From a virus, in the UHGV virus genome UHGV-0384005: 49,024 nt of DNA; one strand, written 5' to 3'. This document shows, piece by piece, positions 26,080 to 34,405 of the stretch. Below the pieces are notes generated by a model. That model was not told where the DNA came from and did no database searches. It saw nothing but the letters and a program-made list of their open reading frames with translations. Within the stretch, counting starts at the first letter, position 1. Every line of letters begins with the position of its first letter. The translations under genes and the position numbers were made by a program.

Positions 26080-26391
26080 ATGACAACGGCAATTGAGTAC
26101 ACAAATCCCGATCTCTGGCTGGTCTTGCTCATGTTGATTGCTGGGGCGATTTCCAGCGCCCTGCTCTCTGATACCCCCATTAACATGCGCCGGCTTCTTG
26201 GTGATGTTCTCCGGGGAATTATCGTCGCCATCCTTCTTTGGTCCTACGGTGCGCTGGGCAACTTTTCCATTTTAAAAGTAATCACCATTGCTGGTCTGTC
26301 AGCTATTGCATGGCCACATACCGTCAATGAAATCACGGGTTTTGCGAAACGAACAATCAGCCGGATATTCGGCGGGAGAAACAAACGATGA
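26080..26391 (+). CDS. Putative holin (2-3 TMDs)
   Basis: Hydrophobic small protein at the head of the lysis cassette. Confidence 0.45.
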   Translation: MTTAIEYTNPDLWLVLLMLIAGAISSALLSDTPINMRRLLGDVLRGIIVAILLWSYGALGNFSILKVITIAGLSAIAWPHTVNEITGFAKRTISRIFGGRNKR

Positions 26392-26876
26392 ATTATGGAC
26401 TGGCAAATAAACGGGATGCAGTCCTGTTTGCTGAGGCTGTATGTAACGTTATCGGTGGCGGTAAAAATAACAGCGCTGTTTTGCTCTGCGTTGAAACAGC
26501 CGCAGCCGAAACACTATTGGGTGACTTTAAAGACCCCACCCCGAACGGTGCAGGAACAGGGCTAACGCAAGTCGATTTGGGAACCTTTGAATGGCTTCGC
26601 GATAAATATAAAAACAGTCGCTATGCCAGCGTTCTCTTAAAAGAATTCGGCGTCGATTTAAGTCGAACGGTGTATCAGGAACTTAAAACATCGCCGCTGC
26701 TGGCCATGCTTTTTTGTCGTTTACGTTATCTGGCAGTTTCCGAACCTATCCCACAGACCAGAGAAGGCAGAGCCGCCTACTGGAAAAAGTATTACAACAC
26801 TTCTGCAGGCAAAGGTACGCCGCAGGATTATCTCAATAAATGCCAACGTGCAGGCGTTGATGCACTGTTCACGTAG
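26388..26876 (+). CDS. Putative endolysin, assigned by position only
   Basis: Sits between the holin-like and spanin-like genes. No motif recognised. Confidence 0.3.
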   Translation: MNYGLANKRDAVLFAEAVCNVIGGGKNNSAVLLCVETAAAETLLGDFKDPTPNGAGTGLTQVDLGTFEWLRDKYKNSRYASVLLKEFGVDLSRTVYQELKTSPLLAMLFCRLRYLAVSEPIPQTREGRAAYWKKYYNTSAGKGTPQDYLNKCQRAGVDALFT

Positions 26877-26895
26877 TGAGCCGTAAGGAGTGACT

Positions 26896-27360
26896 ATGAA
26901 AAGTTTAAAACGAATGGTTAAAGCATGGCTACTGATGAACGTTACTTTCGCCCTGCTCGTTATGGCCACGCAGCCGGCACTGGCCAGCGATAGTCTGGAT
27001 CTGGATTCCATCATTAATGCCCTCCCAGCGGGCTGGGGAAGTGTCGTAGCCGGTGTATTTATTGTGCTGTATGCGGTGGCGCAGCTGCGTGCCGTTCTCC
27101 CCCCTTCTGTTACCAACAAAATCCCGACAGTGGTTATGAAAATCCTGGATTTTGTTGCAGCGAACTATGCTCACGCCCGTAATGCTGATGCGGTAAGCAA
27201 AGCAGCGAAGGAGGCAGCAAAGGCAGAGGGGCCATCTGATGACGAGTATCGCGTGATGGTTGAGACAGCCAAGAACAAAGGGGAACTGCGTGGAAGCCGC
27301 ATTGAGAGCGCTGGCGATTATCCTGGAGATGATAGGCCAGGCAGTAAAAGCACGAAGTGA
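26896..27360 (+). CDS. Putative i-spanin / membrane protein
   Basis: Hydrophobic N-terminus, charged C-terminus, AAGGAG RBS. Confidence 0.4.
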   Translation: MKSLKRMVKAWLLMNVTFALLVMATQPALASDSLDLDSIINALPAGWGSVVAGVFIVLYAVAQLRAVLPPSVTNKIPTVVMKILDFVAANYAHARNADAVSKAAKEAAKAEGPSDDEYRVMVETAKNKGELRGSRIESAGDYPGDDRPGSKSTK

Positions 27361-27386
27361 AGATGAGCGACAGCAGAGGATAGATT

Positions 27387-27605
27387 ATGCGCGGAATAAT
27401 CCCGCTGATTATCTGCGTCGTTTTGGCAGGGTGCGGGATGTCTCCCGCACTCACGCCGATGCTGGAGCCGACGCAATGCGCAGCGGAAAAACCGACGATT
27501 GATATTGTTCATTTAGACGGGTACTTCGTTATATCTGATGACGATATGGGAAGGTTGACCGGATATATTGCCGCACTTGAGTCTGGTTGCGTTGCGCCTA
27601 AATGA
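27387..27605 (+). CDS. Lipoprotein (lipobox LAGC), putative o-spanin
   Basis: Signal peptide plus Cys lipobox. Confidence 0.5.
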   Translation: MRGIIPLIICVVLAGCGMSPALTPMLEPTQCAAEKPTIDIVHLDGYFVISDDDMGRLTGYIAALESGCVAPK

Positions 27606-27628
27606 ACAACTTACTTTTAGGATAGATA

Positions 27629-27934
27629 ATGAAAGTCTACATCGCCGGTCCCATGACCGGGCTGGATAATTTTAATCGTGATACTTTCAATAAAGAGGCG
27701 GATCGCCTTTCTCGTCATGGCCATACGGTATTAAATCCGGCAATGCTGCCGAATGGCCTGGAGCAACGAGAATATATGGATATTTGCTTTGCGATGCTCC
27801 GCTGTGCTGATGCCATTCTTTTGTTACCTGGCTGGAAGTCTTCAGCAGGTGCAACTGCTGAATATCACTATGCCTACAAAATGGAGTTACCGGTTTATTC
27901 AACGCTGAAATATCCTCCGGTAGCAGCAAAATAA
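27629..27934 (+). CDS. DUF4406 (nucleoside 2-deoxyribosyltransferase-like) protein
   Basis: MKVYIAGPMTG...N-terminal signature. Confidence 0.55.
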   Translation: MKVYIAGPMTGLDNFNRDTFNKEADRLSRHGHTVLNPAMLPNGLEQREYMDICFAMLRCADAILLLPGWKSSAGATAEYHYAYKMELPVYSTLKYPPVAAK

Positions 27935-27945
27935 TAAAGGGAATA

Positions 27946-28864
27946 ATGAGCGCGTTTTACAATGAAATAGATGGATACCCCGCCACCTGGCTAAATAACT
28001 TGATCGCAAATGGTTTAATTGCCGATGGTGTTGTTGATGAGCGTTCAATTGTCGAAATAGTTTCTTCGGATGTTATTGGAAAGACGCAGTGTCATTGGTT
28101 TGCCGGGATTGGTGTCTGGAGCTATGCGCTGCGTTTAGCGGGCTGGCCTGATAGCCGCCCTGTATGGACAGCAAGCCTGCCCTGTCAGCCCTGGAGTTCT
28201 GCAGGGAAAGGAGGAAAATTTGAAGACGAGCGACATCTCTGGCCTGTGTTTTTCCGACTCGTTAAAGAGTGCCGCCCTCCAGTCATATTTGGTGAACAGG
28301 TTTCAAGCAAGGACGGACTCGAGTGGTTCTCAGCTGTACAAGCTGACCTGGAAAATGCGGGATATGCCGTTGCGGCGGTTGATACATGCGCAGCGAGCGT
28401 CGGTGCGCCGCATATCAGACAACGACTCTTCTGGATGGCCTACGACTACAGCCAGCAATACCAAAACAGCGATAAAAGATGTATTGAAAATAATGGCAAG
28501 GAAAGCAGCAGGAAGACAGTCGAACCTGCAGGATGTAGCGGTACTTGCCGGATGGAACACCCCAACAGCCAGCGACAGCAAAGGCGGCTATGTAGGCGGG
28601 AGGATCCGGAACGGGAAATTATCCACCGACCGCCTGGATGTAACCTCTCAACTGGCCAGCTGGCCAGAGAACAAAGAACTGCAGAACCTATTGCAGACAT
28701 TAACCATCCCTTACGGCCCATGCCGGTTGACTCATTCTGGCGAGATACTGACTGGCTCTTCTGCCAGGATGGAAAGTGGAGGCCAGTTGAACCCACATCA
28801 TTCCCGTTGGCTCATGGGGTTGCCGGTAGAGTGGGCCAACTGCGCGCCTATGGCAACGCGATAG
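27946..28864 (+). pseudogene. DNA (cytosine-5)-methyltransferase whose coding sequence is split between two frames (probable +1 frameshift near 28410-28440)
   Basis: Frame 1 carries motifs I (FAGIG), IV (PCQ), VI (ENV-like GEQV) and VIII (QRLFW). Frame 2 (ORF 28220..28864) carries a GW(P/N)TPTASD repeat pair and a ...[21 protein letters not shown]-terminus that I recall from prophage C5-MTases. Confidence 0.55.
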
Positions 28865-28985
28865 TAGCACCATTAGCCGCAGCATTTATTTCCTCAGCAA
28901 GCAGCGCCATTCAGGCATTCGAATCTGATTTAAAGAGTGCGGACAGCAGTCAATAACGCACCAACTAGAAGTAGTGTTCCGCTTC

Positions 28986-29003
28986 CGTGCGACCACGGTC
29001 GCA
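28986..29003. repeat. SopB-box-like palindrome GTGCGACCACGGTCGCAC (perfect), followed by a T6 run, so terminator-like on the + strand
   Basis: Family of 5. Confidence 0.6.
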
Positions 29004-29094
29004 CGCTTTTTTCTTCTCATCAGAATATCTACGAAACTCTCGTTATCAGGCCGGACATGCGTCTACATACGTAGTCCGCCCGTTCCCTTTAAAA

Positions 29095-29730
29095 ATGGAA
29101 AAGCCAATGAAAGCCAAAGAATTTTTGAATAGCCATCAACTTGTAGTTATCAGCGATTTTATAAAAAGCATTGAGGATGTCCCTGCAGATAAATGGCTAC
29201 ATGACTTTATGCAGGAAGAGTTAGCCTTCTTGATTAAGCAAGGAACGACGCTGGCCAATCATGATGATTATGTATCTCTTGATATGGTTCGCAGTTCTAC
29301 ATGGTTAATGGCTATTTACAGAGCCTACTCAGGTTCGTACCCCGCAACATTGGTCCAGAAACCGTCCGATATTATTCAGGAATGGAGCGTTAAAAAAGAA
29401 GCCAACCAGTATACAGTCACTATGGGAATAGCGATCGACACCAGCGACGCACAGGCCGCACTTGCAGCGCTTGAAGAACAAATACAGTCAAGTTCAGCAC
29501 TTAAAGTTTTATCTGGTGCTATTCGTGACGGAGCAGAACCTTATTACGGAGTAGCAACTTTATGCTCCACAGAGAGCAGCAGCATTGAACAGCAAACGTT
29601 GAGCACTGTACTTGGGAATACCCTACACACCGTTTCATCCAATATGGCTTCTTCTACGGCGGTTGAGTTAGCTCAGGCCGTGAAAACAGCATTTGATGTG
29701 CTGGACAATAAGAATGCCACCACGCGCTAA
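29095..29730 (+). CDS. Hypothetical protein (about 210 aa)
   Basis: Internal ATG of ORF 28987..29730; the upstream part of that ORF covers the palindrome. Confidence 0.5.
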   Translation: MEKPMKAKEFLNSHQLVVISDFIKSIEDVPADKWLHDFMQEELAFLIKQGTTLANHDDYVSLDMVRSSTWLMAIYRAYSGSYPATLVQKPSDIIQEWSVKKEANQYTVTMGIAIDTSDAQAALAALEEQIQSSSALKVLSGAIRDGAEPYYGVATLCSTESSSIEQQTLSTVLGNTLHTVSSNMASSTAVELAQAVKTAFDVLDNKNATTR

Positions 29731-30076
29731 ACGCCCATGCCGACACAAGGGATGTGCGGCAATCACCAACGATGCCAGCGGGTATTGTGAACAACACAGG
29801 CAGCAGCATGCCGGTGATGGCTGGCGTAACTATCAGGCAGGTAAGAGCAGGCAGGAACGTGGATACGGTCGGCCCTGGGAAATCATACGGGCGCGTATCC
29901 TACAGCGTGATCAATATCTGTGTCAGAACCATCGCCGGCAGAAGATAGCGAAGAAAGCGACCAGCGTTGACCACATCATCCCAAAAGCTCATGGCGGTAC
30001 TGATGACGATTCCAATCTTGAGTCGTTGTGCTGGGAATGTCACAGAGCGAAGACGGCAAGAGAGCGTATCCGATGA
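29693..30076 (+). CDS. HNH endonuclease (packaging-associated)
   Basis: C-x2-C...VDHIIPKAHGGTDDDSNLESLCWECHRAKT. Adjacent to a P27-family terS, as in HK97-type cos phages. Confidence 0.85.
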   Translation: MMCWTIRMPPRAKRPCRHKGCAAITNDASGYCEQHRQQHAGDGWRNYQAGKSRQERGYGRPWEIIRARILQRDQYLCQNHRRQKIAKKATSVDHIIPKAHGGTDDDSNLESLCWECHRAKTARERIR

Positions 30077-30273
30077 GTTATACCCATTGCACATACTGTG
30101 GTTCACGGCTTCATACATACGCGAACTGCCCTAAAACATGGGGTGGTTCCTCCCGCCGCGCCAACCTGCGCTGCGGCTATTGTGGGCAGTCAGGGCATAA
30201 CTCCAATGCCTGTCCACACAATGCAAGCAGCGGTCGTCGTCGCAGCCTGAATGATGACTTCCATCTTGATTGA
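30073..30273 (+). CDS. Small protein with two CCHC zinc knuckles (C-x2-C-x4-H-x4-C, twice)
   Basis: CTYCGSRLHTYANC and CGYCGQSGHNSNAC. ATGA-coupled to the HNH gene. Confidence 0.5.
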   Translation: MSYTHCTYCGSRLHTYANCPKTWGGSSRRANLRCGYCGQSGHNSNACPHNASSGRRRSLNDDFHLD

Positions 30274-30279
30274 TGCCGG

Positions 30280-30400
30280 CACAGGCCAGGGGGGTAGGGG
30301 GGTAAAATCCCTGACCCCTTTCGCGCTTCAGGACTGCCGCTCCCGGTAGATTTTTGCGCGTGAGAAATAAGAAATTTTTTTTTGAGCATATTTAGAGGTG
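30280..30400. other. Candidate cos/packaging-site region (G-rich GGGGGGTAGGGGGG tract, AT-rich run) between the HNH/zinc-knuckle genes and terS
   Basis: Positional analogy to HK97-type phages. No cohesive-end sequence identified. Confidence 0.25.
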
Positions 30401-30407
30401 TTTCGAC

Positions 30408-30842
30408 ATGGGATCAGGAGTGAGAGCACCTGGCGGCGGTCGTAAGTCGAATAACACAGGAACGCAGGTTAGTTCTCTTACAAGAGCCGTTTCCCCGCCT
30501 GATGAGCTTCTTGGTGAAATGGCTGTTGATGCCTGGCGACGAACGTGCAAAATCCTGATCAACAGGGGTACGTTCGAGATGGAAGATTGTTATTTGCTGA
30601 TGGAATACTGCAATACAGTGCAGCTTCTGTACGACGCAAATCAGGAAATTAAAAGCGATGGTATTGGCGACGACACGGCTGCAGGCGGACAAAAGCTGGG
30701 CGCGGCGGTTAAGGCCAGGAGCAAATATATCAGCGAACTTATTCGTCTCAGTGTTGTGTTGAAACTGGACCCCAACAGCCGCGTCAGGAAAAAGCAGCCA
30801 GGAGATAACACCAACCCAGGAAACGAATTCGACGAATTTTAA
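30408..30842 (+). CDS. Terminase small subunit (P27 family)
   Basis: 144 aa, immediately upstream of terL. The family assignment rests on its length, its position between the HNH gene and terL, and a general resemblance I could not pin to a specific motif. Confidence 0.8.
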   Translation: MGSGVRAPGGGRKSNNTGTQVSSLTRAVSPPDELLGEMAVDAWRRTCKILINRGTFEMEDCYLLMEYCNTVQLLYDANQEIKSDGIGDDTAAGGQKLGAAVKARSKYISELIRLSVVLKLDPNSRVRKKQPGDNTNPGNEFDEF

Positions 30843-30868
30843 TTGGGACTTTAGTCCCTTTTTTATGG

Positions 30869-32593
30869 GTGGAGTATATGGCGGCATACCCGAGCGTCAA
30901 TCTGGCGAACGCTTATGCACGCGATGTACTAAGCGGGAAAATCCTCGCATGTCGATATATCAAACTGGCATGTCAGCGCCATTTTGATGACCTGAAAAAA
31001 TCACTGGATAAGAACTACCCCTATCAATTCAACAGGGATTTAGCTGAACGTGCATGCAGATTCGTTCAGTTGTTACCCCATTCCAGCGGGGATTTAGCCG
31101 GGCAAAAGTTGATACTGGAACCGTGGCAGAGTTTCATTTTCTGCTCAATTTTTGGGTGGGTAACAAAAACAGATAAAAAGCGTCGGTTTCGCGAAGCGTA
31201 TATCCGGGTAGCCAGGAAAAATGGTAAGTCATTTTTTGCGGCCGGGATTGGCACTTACATGTTTTGCGCTGATGGTGAAAACAGTGCAGAAGTTTATTGT
31301 GGTGCCACGACTATGGCGCAGGCAAAGAAGGTTTTCACCCCAGCTAGGCAAATGGCGGACCGATTACCTTCTCTCCGGGCTAAATTTGATATCTCAGTAT
31401 GGGTGGACAGCCTGACCCGCCCTGATGGTTCCGTATTCGCACCAATGGCAGGGAAACCTGGCGACGGTGACAGCCCGCATTGCGCGATTATTGATGAATA
31501 TCACGAGCATGATACGGATCACATGTATGAAGCGATGACGATGGGGATGGGGGCGCGTTCTCAGCCACTAACACTCATTATCACGACTGCAGGTACATCT
31601 CTTGAATCACCATGTTATGACAAAGACAAAGAGGTAAAAGAGGCTCTCAGCGGCATAGTCAGCAATGAGCGTCTGTTCGGCATGATTTACGAGCTGGATG
31701 ATGGCGATGACTGGACTGACCCTAAAAACCTGATTAAAGCGAACCCCAACCTTGATGTTTCCGTCAAGTACAGCGATTTGGTTGAGTTATTGGAAGTCGC
31801 AAAACAGGTCCCGCGTAAGGTAAATGCCTTCAAAACTAAACGCCTCAACATCTGGGTGTCTGGTAAGTCGGCGTACTACAACATGACGCAATGGCAGGCG
31901 GCGGAAGATAAGTCTCTGCGGTATGAAGATTTTGCCGGCGAGGATTATTACCTCGGTCTGGACCTTGCGCGCCGTCTTGATCTTAATGCCGGCGTTGGTG
32001 TTTTTGTCCGGGAAATCGAAGGCAAAAAGCACTACTACTGCGTAAGCCCGATATTTTGGGTACCTGAAGATACAATCAACAGTACGGATCCGAAAGAAGC
32101 TAAAACTGCTGATCGTTATCGTAAATTCAAAGAAATGGGTGTTCTGGAGGCAACAGATGGAGCAGAGGCAGATTATCGCGAGATTCTGGCCAGCATTATC
32201 GACCTGCAGGACATCCATAAGGTTCGTATCAGCGAGATCCCCATAGACCCTAGCGGAGCAACAGCGCTCAGTCATGAGCTTCAGGATAGCGGTTTTGAAC
32301 CGATTTCCATCCGGCAGGATTACACCAACATGTCTCCACCAATGAAAGAGCTTGAAGCAGCGCTCGCCGGTGGACGCTTCCATCATGACGGAAACCCTGT
32401 TCTGTCATGGTGTATCAGCAATGTCATCGGCAAAACGGTACCGGGTAGCGATGATATCGTCCGACCAACGAAAGGTGACAAGCAGTCAAAAATTGACGGC
32501 GCAACGGCGCTTTTTATGGCTATAGGTCGTGCAATGTTGAATGGCCGGGTGAGTAATTCATCCGTTTACGACGAGGAAGATATAGCATGCTAA
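30869..32593 (+). CDS. Terminase large subunit
   Basis: 574 aa. ATPase plus nuclease domains at the expected position. Confidence 0.9.
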   Translation: MEYMAAYPSVNLANAYARDVLSGKILACRYIKLACQRHFDDLKKSLDKNYPYQFNRDLAERACRFVQLLPHSSGDLAGQKLILEPWQSFIFCSIFGWVTKTDKKRRFREAYIRVARKNGKSFFAAGIGTYMFCADGENSAEVYCGATTMAQAKKVFTPARQMADRLPSLRAKFDISVWVDSLTRPDGSVFAPMAGKPGDGDSPHCAIIDEYHEHDTDHMYEAMTMGMGARSQPLTLIITTAGTSLESPCYDKDKEVKEALSGIVSNERLFGMIYELDDGDDWTDPKNLIKANPNLDVSVKYSDLVELLEVAKQVPRKVNAFKTKRLNIWVSGKSAYYNMTQWQAAEDKSLRYEDFAGEDYYLGLDLARRLDLNAGVGVFVREIEGKKHYYCVSPIFWVPEDTINSTDPKEAKTADRYRKFKEMGVLEATDGAEADYREILASIIDLQDIHKVRISEIPIDPSGATALSHELQDSGFEPISIRQDYTNMSPPMKELEAALAGGRFHHDGNPVLSWCISNVIGKTVPGSDDIVRPTKGDKQSKIDGATALFMAIGRAMLNGRVSNSSVYDEEDIAC

Positions 32594-32766
32594 TGACGTT
32601 TTTGAGTTTTTTTATCGGCCTCGCCGGAGCCGCGTTACTGTCTGCCGGTGCCTGGCTTATCTTACCTGCAGCAGGGCTTATTACTGGCGGTTTGATTTGC
32701 CTGCTGTGGTCTTTTTTAATAGCGAAATCGATGTCCGCCAGCGTAATTAAATCGGGGGGTGAATAA
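32587..32766 (+). CDS. Un-tracked small two-TMD membrane protein (59 aa, MLMTFLSFFIGLAGAALLSAGAWLILPAAGLITGGLICLLWSFLIAKSMSASVIKSGGE), wedged between terL and portal
   Basis: Hand-translated ORF. Its start overlaps the terL stop, and its TAA overlaps the portal ATG (TAATG). Confidence 0.45.
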   Translation: MLMTFLSFFIGLAGAALLSAGAWLILPAAGLITGGLICLLWSFLIAKSMSASVIKSGGE

Positions 32767-34025
32767 TGTTCATTCCCCAGATGTTTCGGGGTAAATCTCA
32801 GTCTGGTGGTGGCTTCTGGCAGACTATGCTGGGTGGTGTGAGTTCCAGCCAGAGCAAAGCGGGAATAATGGTCACACCTGAAACTGCGATGGCGCTATCG
32901 GCGGTCCGCGCATGTGTAACGCTTCTGGCAGAATCGGTGGCGCAGCTGCCGTGTGAACTTTACAGGCGAGGAGCTAACGGAGGCCGTGAACGTGCGACTG
33001 ACCACCCTGTTTATGATCTGATACATTCCCAGCCCAATAAAAAAGACACCTCGTTTGAATACTTTGAGCAGCAGCAGGGCCTGCTCGGGCTGGAGGGGAA
33101 TTGCTACTCGATCATCGACAGGGACGGGAAAGGGTATCCCCGCGAATTAATCCCGGTTAATCCCAAAAAAGTCATCGTCCTGAAAGGGCCTGACGGGATG
33201 CCTTATTATGAACTCCCCGAAATTGGCGAAACGTTGCCAATGCGCATGATGCATCATGTGAAGGTTTTCTCGCTGGATGGTTATATCGGCAGTTCTCCAA
33301 TCCAGACGAACGCCGACGTTCTTGGGCTAAGTCTGGCAGTGGAAGAGCATGCTTCTCAGGTTTTTCGCCGTGGCTGTACGATGAGCGGCGTTATTGAGCG
33401 CCCAAAAGAAGCTGCGACAATCAAAAGCCAGGATGCTATCGACCGCCTGCTGGCAAAGTGGACGGACAGATATTCCGGCGTTAGAAACGCCTTCTCTGTT
33501 GCATTGCTTCAGGAGGGGATGAGCTACAAGCAGTTATCTCAGGACAATGAGAAAGCGCAGCTGTTGCAGTCCCGCCAGTGGGGGGTGGAGGAGGTGTGCC
33601 GGCTCTATAAAATTCCGCCGCATATGGTGCAGATGTTGGCGAAAGCCACGAATAACAACATTGAGCACCAGGGACTGCAGTTTGTGATGTACACGCTGTT
33701 AGCCTGGCTGAAGCGTCATGAAGGCGCATTAATGCGCGATCTGCTTTTACCCAGCGAGCGCGGTGATTTGTACATTGAATTTAATGTTTCTGGCCTGCTG
33801 CGCGGGGATCAGAAGTCACGCTATGAATCTTATGCGTTAGGCCGTCAGTGGGGCTGGTTATCGGTTAATGACATTCGCCGCATGGAGAACCTTCCCCCCA
33901 TCGCCGGAGGGGACAAATACCTGACGCCTCTGAATATGGTCGACAGTGCGAGCATTTTGCCCGGAAATAACAAGCCTACAGCGCAGCAAATGACGGAAAT
34001 TGAAGCCATTCTGGCGAGAGCGTAA
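32766..34025 (+). CDS. Portal protein (HK97 family)
   Basis: 419 aa. Size and position fit; sequence resembles HK97-type portals. Confidence 0.9.
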   Translation: MFIPQMFRGKSQSGGGFWQTMLGGVSSSQSKAGIMVTPETAMALSAVRACVTLLAESVAQLPCELYRRGANGGRERATDHPVYDLIHSQPNKKDTSFEYFEQQQGLLGLEGNCYSIIDRDGKGYPRELIPVNPKKVIVLKGPDGMPYYELPEIGETLPMRMMHHVKVFSLDGYIGSSPIQTNADVLGLSLAVEEHASQVFRRGCTMSGVIERPKEAATIKSQDAIDRLLAKWTDRYSGVRNAFSVALLQEGMSYKQLSQDNEKAQLLQSRQWGVEEVCRLYKIPPHMVQMLAKATNNNIEHQGLQFVMYTLLAWLKRHEGALMRDLLLPSERGDLYIEFNVSGLLRGDQKSRYESYALGRQWGWLSVNDIRRMENLPPIAGGDKYLTPLNMVDSASILPGNNKPTAQQMTEIEAILARA

Positions 34026-34057
34026 AGCAATTCTTCATCATTATTACAGGCTGACTA

Positions 34058-34405
34058 ATGAAATATATCTTCTCTATTGGCGTGGACATACTTGTTCTCG
34101 TCAGCATTGTCATGGGTTTTTACTTAGGAAATGAATCCCTTCTGAACATTCCACATTTCATTGGGTGGTTTGTCGGGGTTGTCAATTTACAGGCTCATTT
34201 AAGTACGAAATCAAAAGAGGGAATGGCGGAAAAATATAAATCGCAGCCACTTTTATTCCGCATATATGACGTTTTGACTGACGTTATTTTTGTGAGCTTC
34301 TGTGCCTATCAGGGGTGGATGTTTATGGCCGCTGTTTATTCAGCAGCTGCATGCCTTAAGGCTGAATTTAAGCATTCGATGGAAAAGAAAATATGCAAAA
34401 AATGA
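34058..34405 (+). CDS. Membrane protein (3-4 TMDs), AT-rich moron inserted between portal and prohead protease
   Basis: Hydrophobic ORF. AT-rich relative to the flanking head genes. Confidence 0.55.
   Translation: MKYIFSIGVDILVLVSIVMGFYLGNESLLNIPHFIGWFVGVVNLQAHLSTKSKEGMAEKYKSQPLLFRIYDVLTDVIFVSFCAYQGWMFMAAVYSAAACLKAEFKHSMEKKICKK

Noticed and set aside
28800-28956. Motif-X-like string [16 protein letters not shown] in frame 1 of the C5-MTase region
   Set aside because: It is encoded by the same nucleotides that give the [10 protein letters not shown]-terminus in frame 2. Only one can be real. I could not decide which, so it is not annotated as a separate feature.
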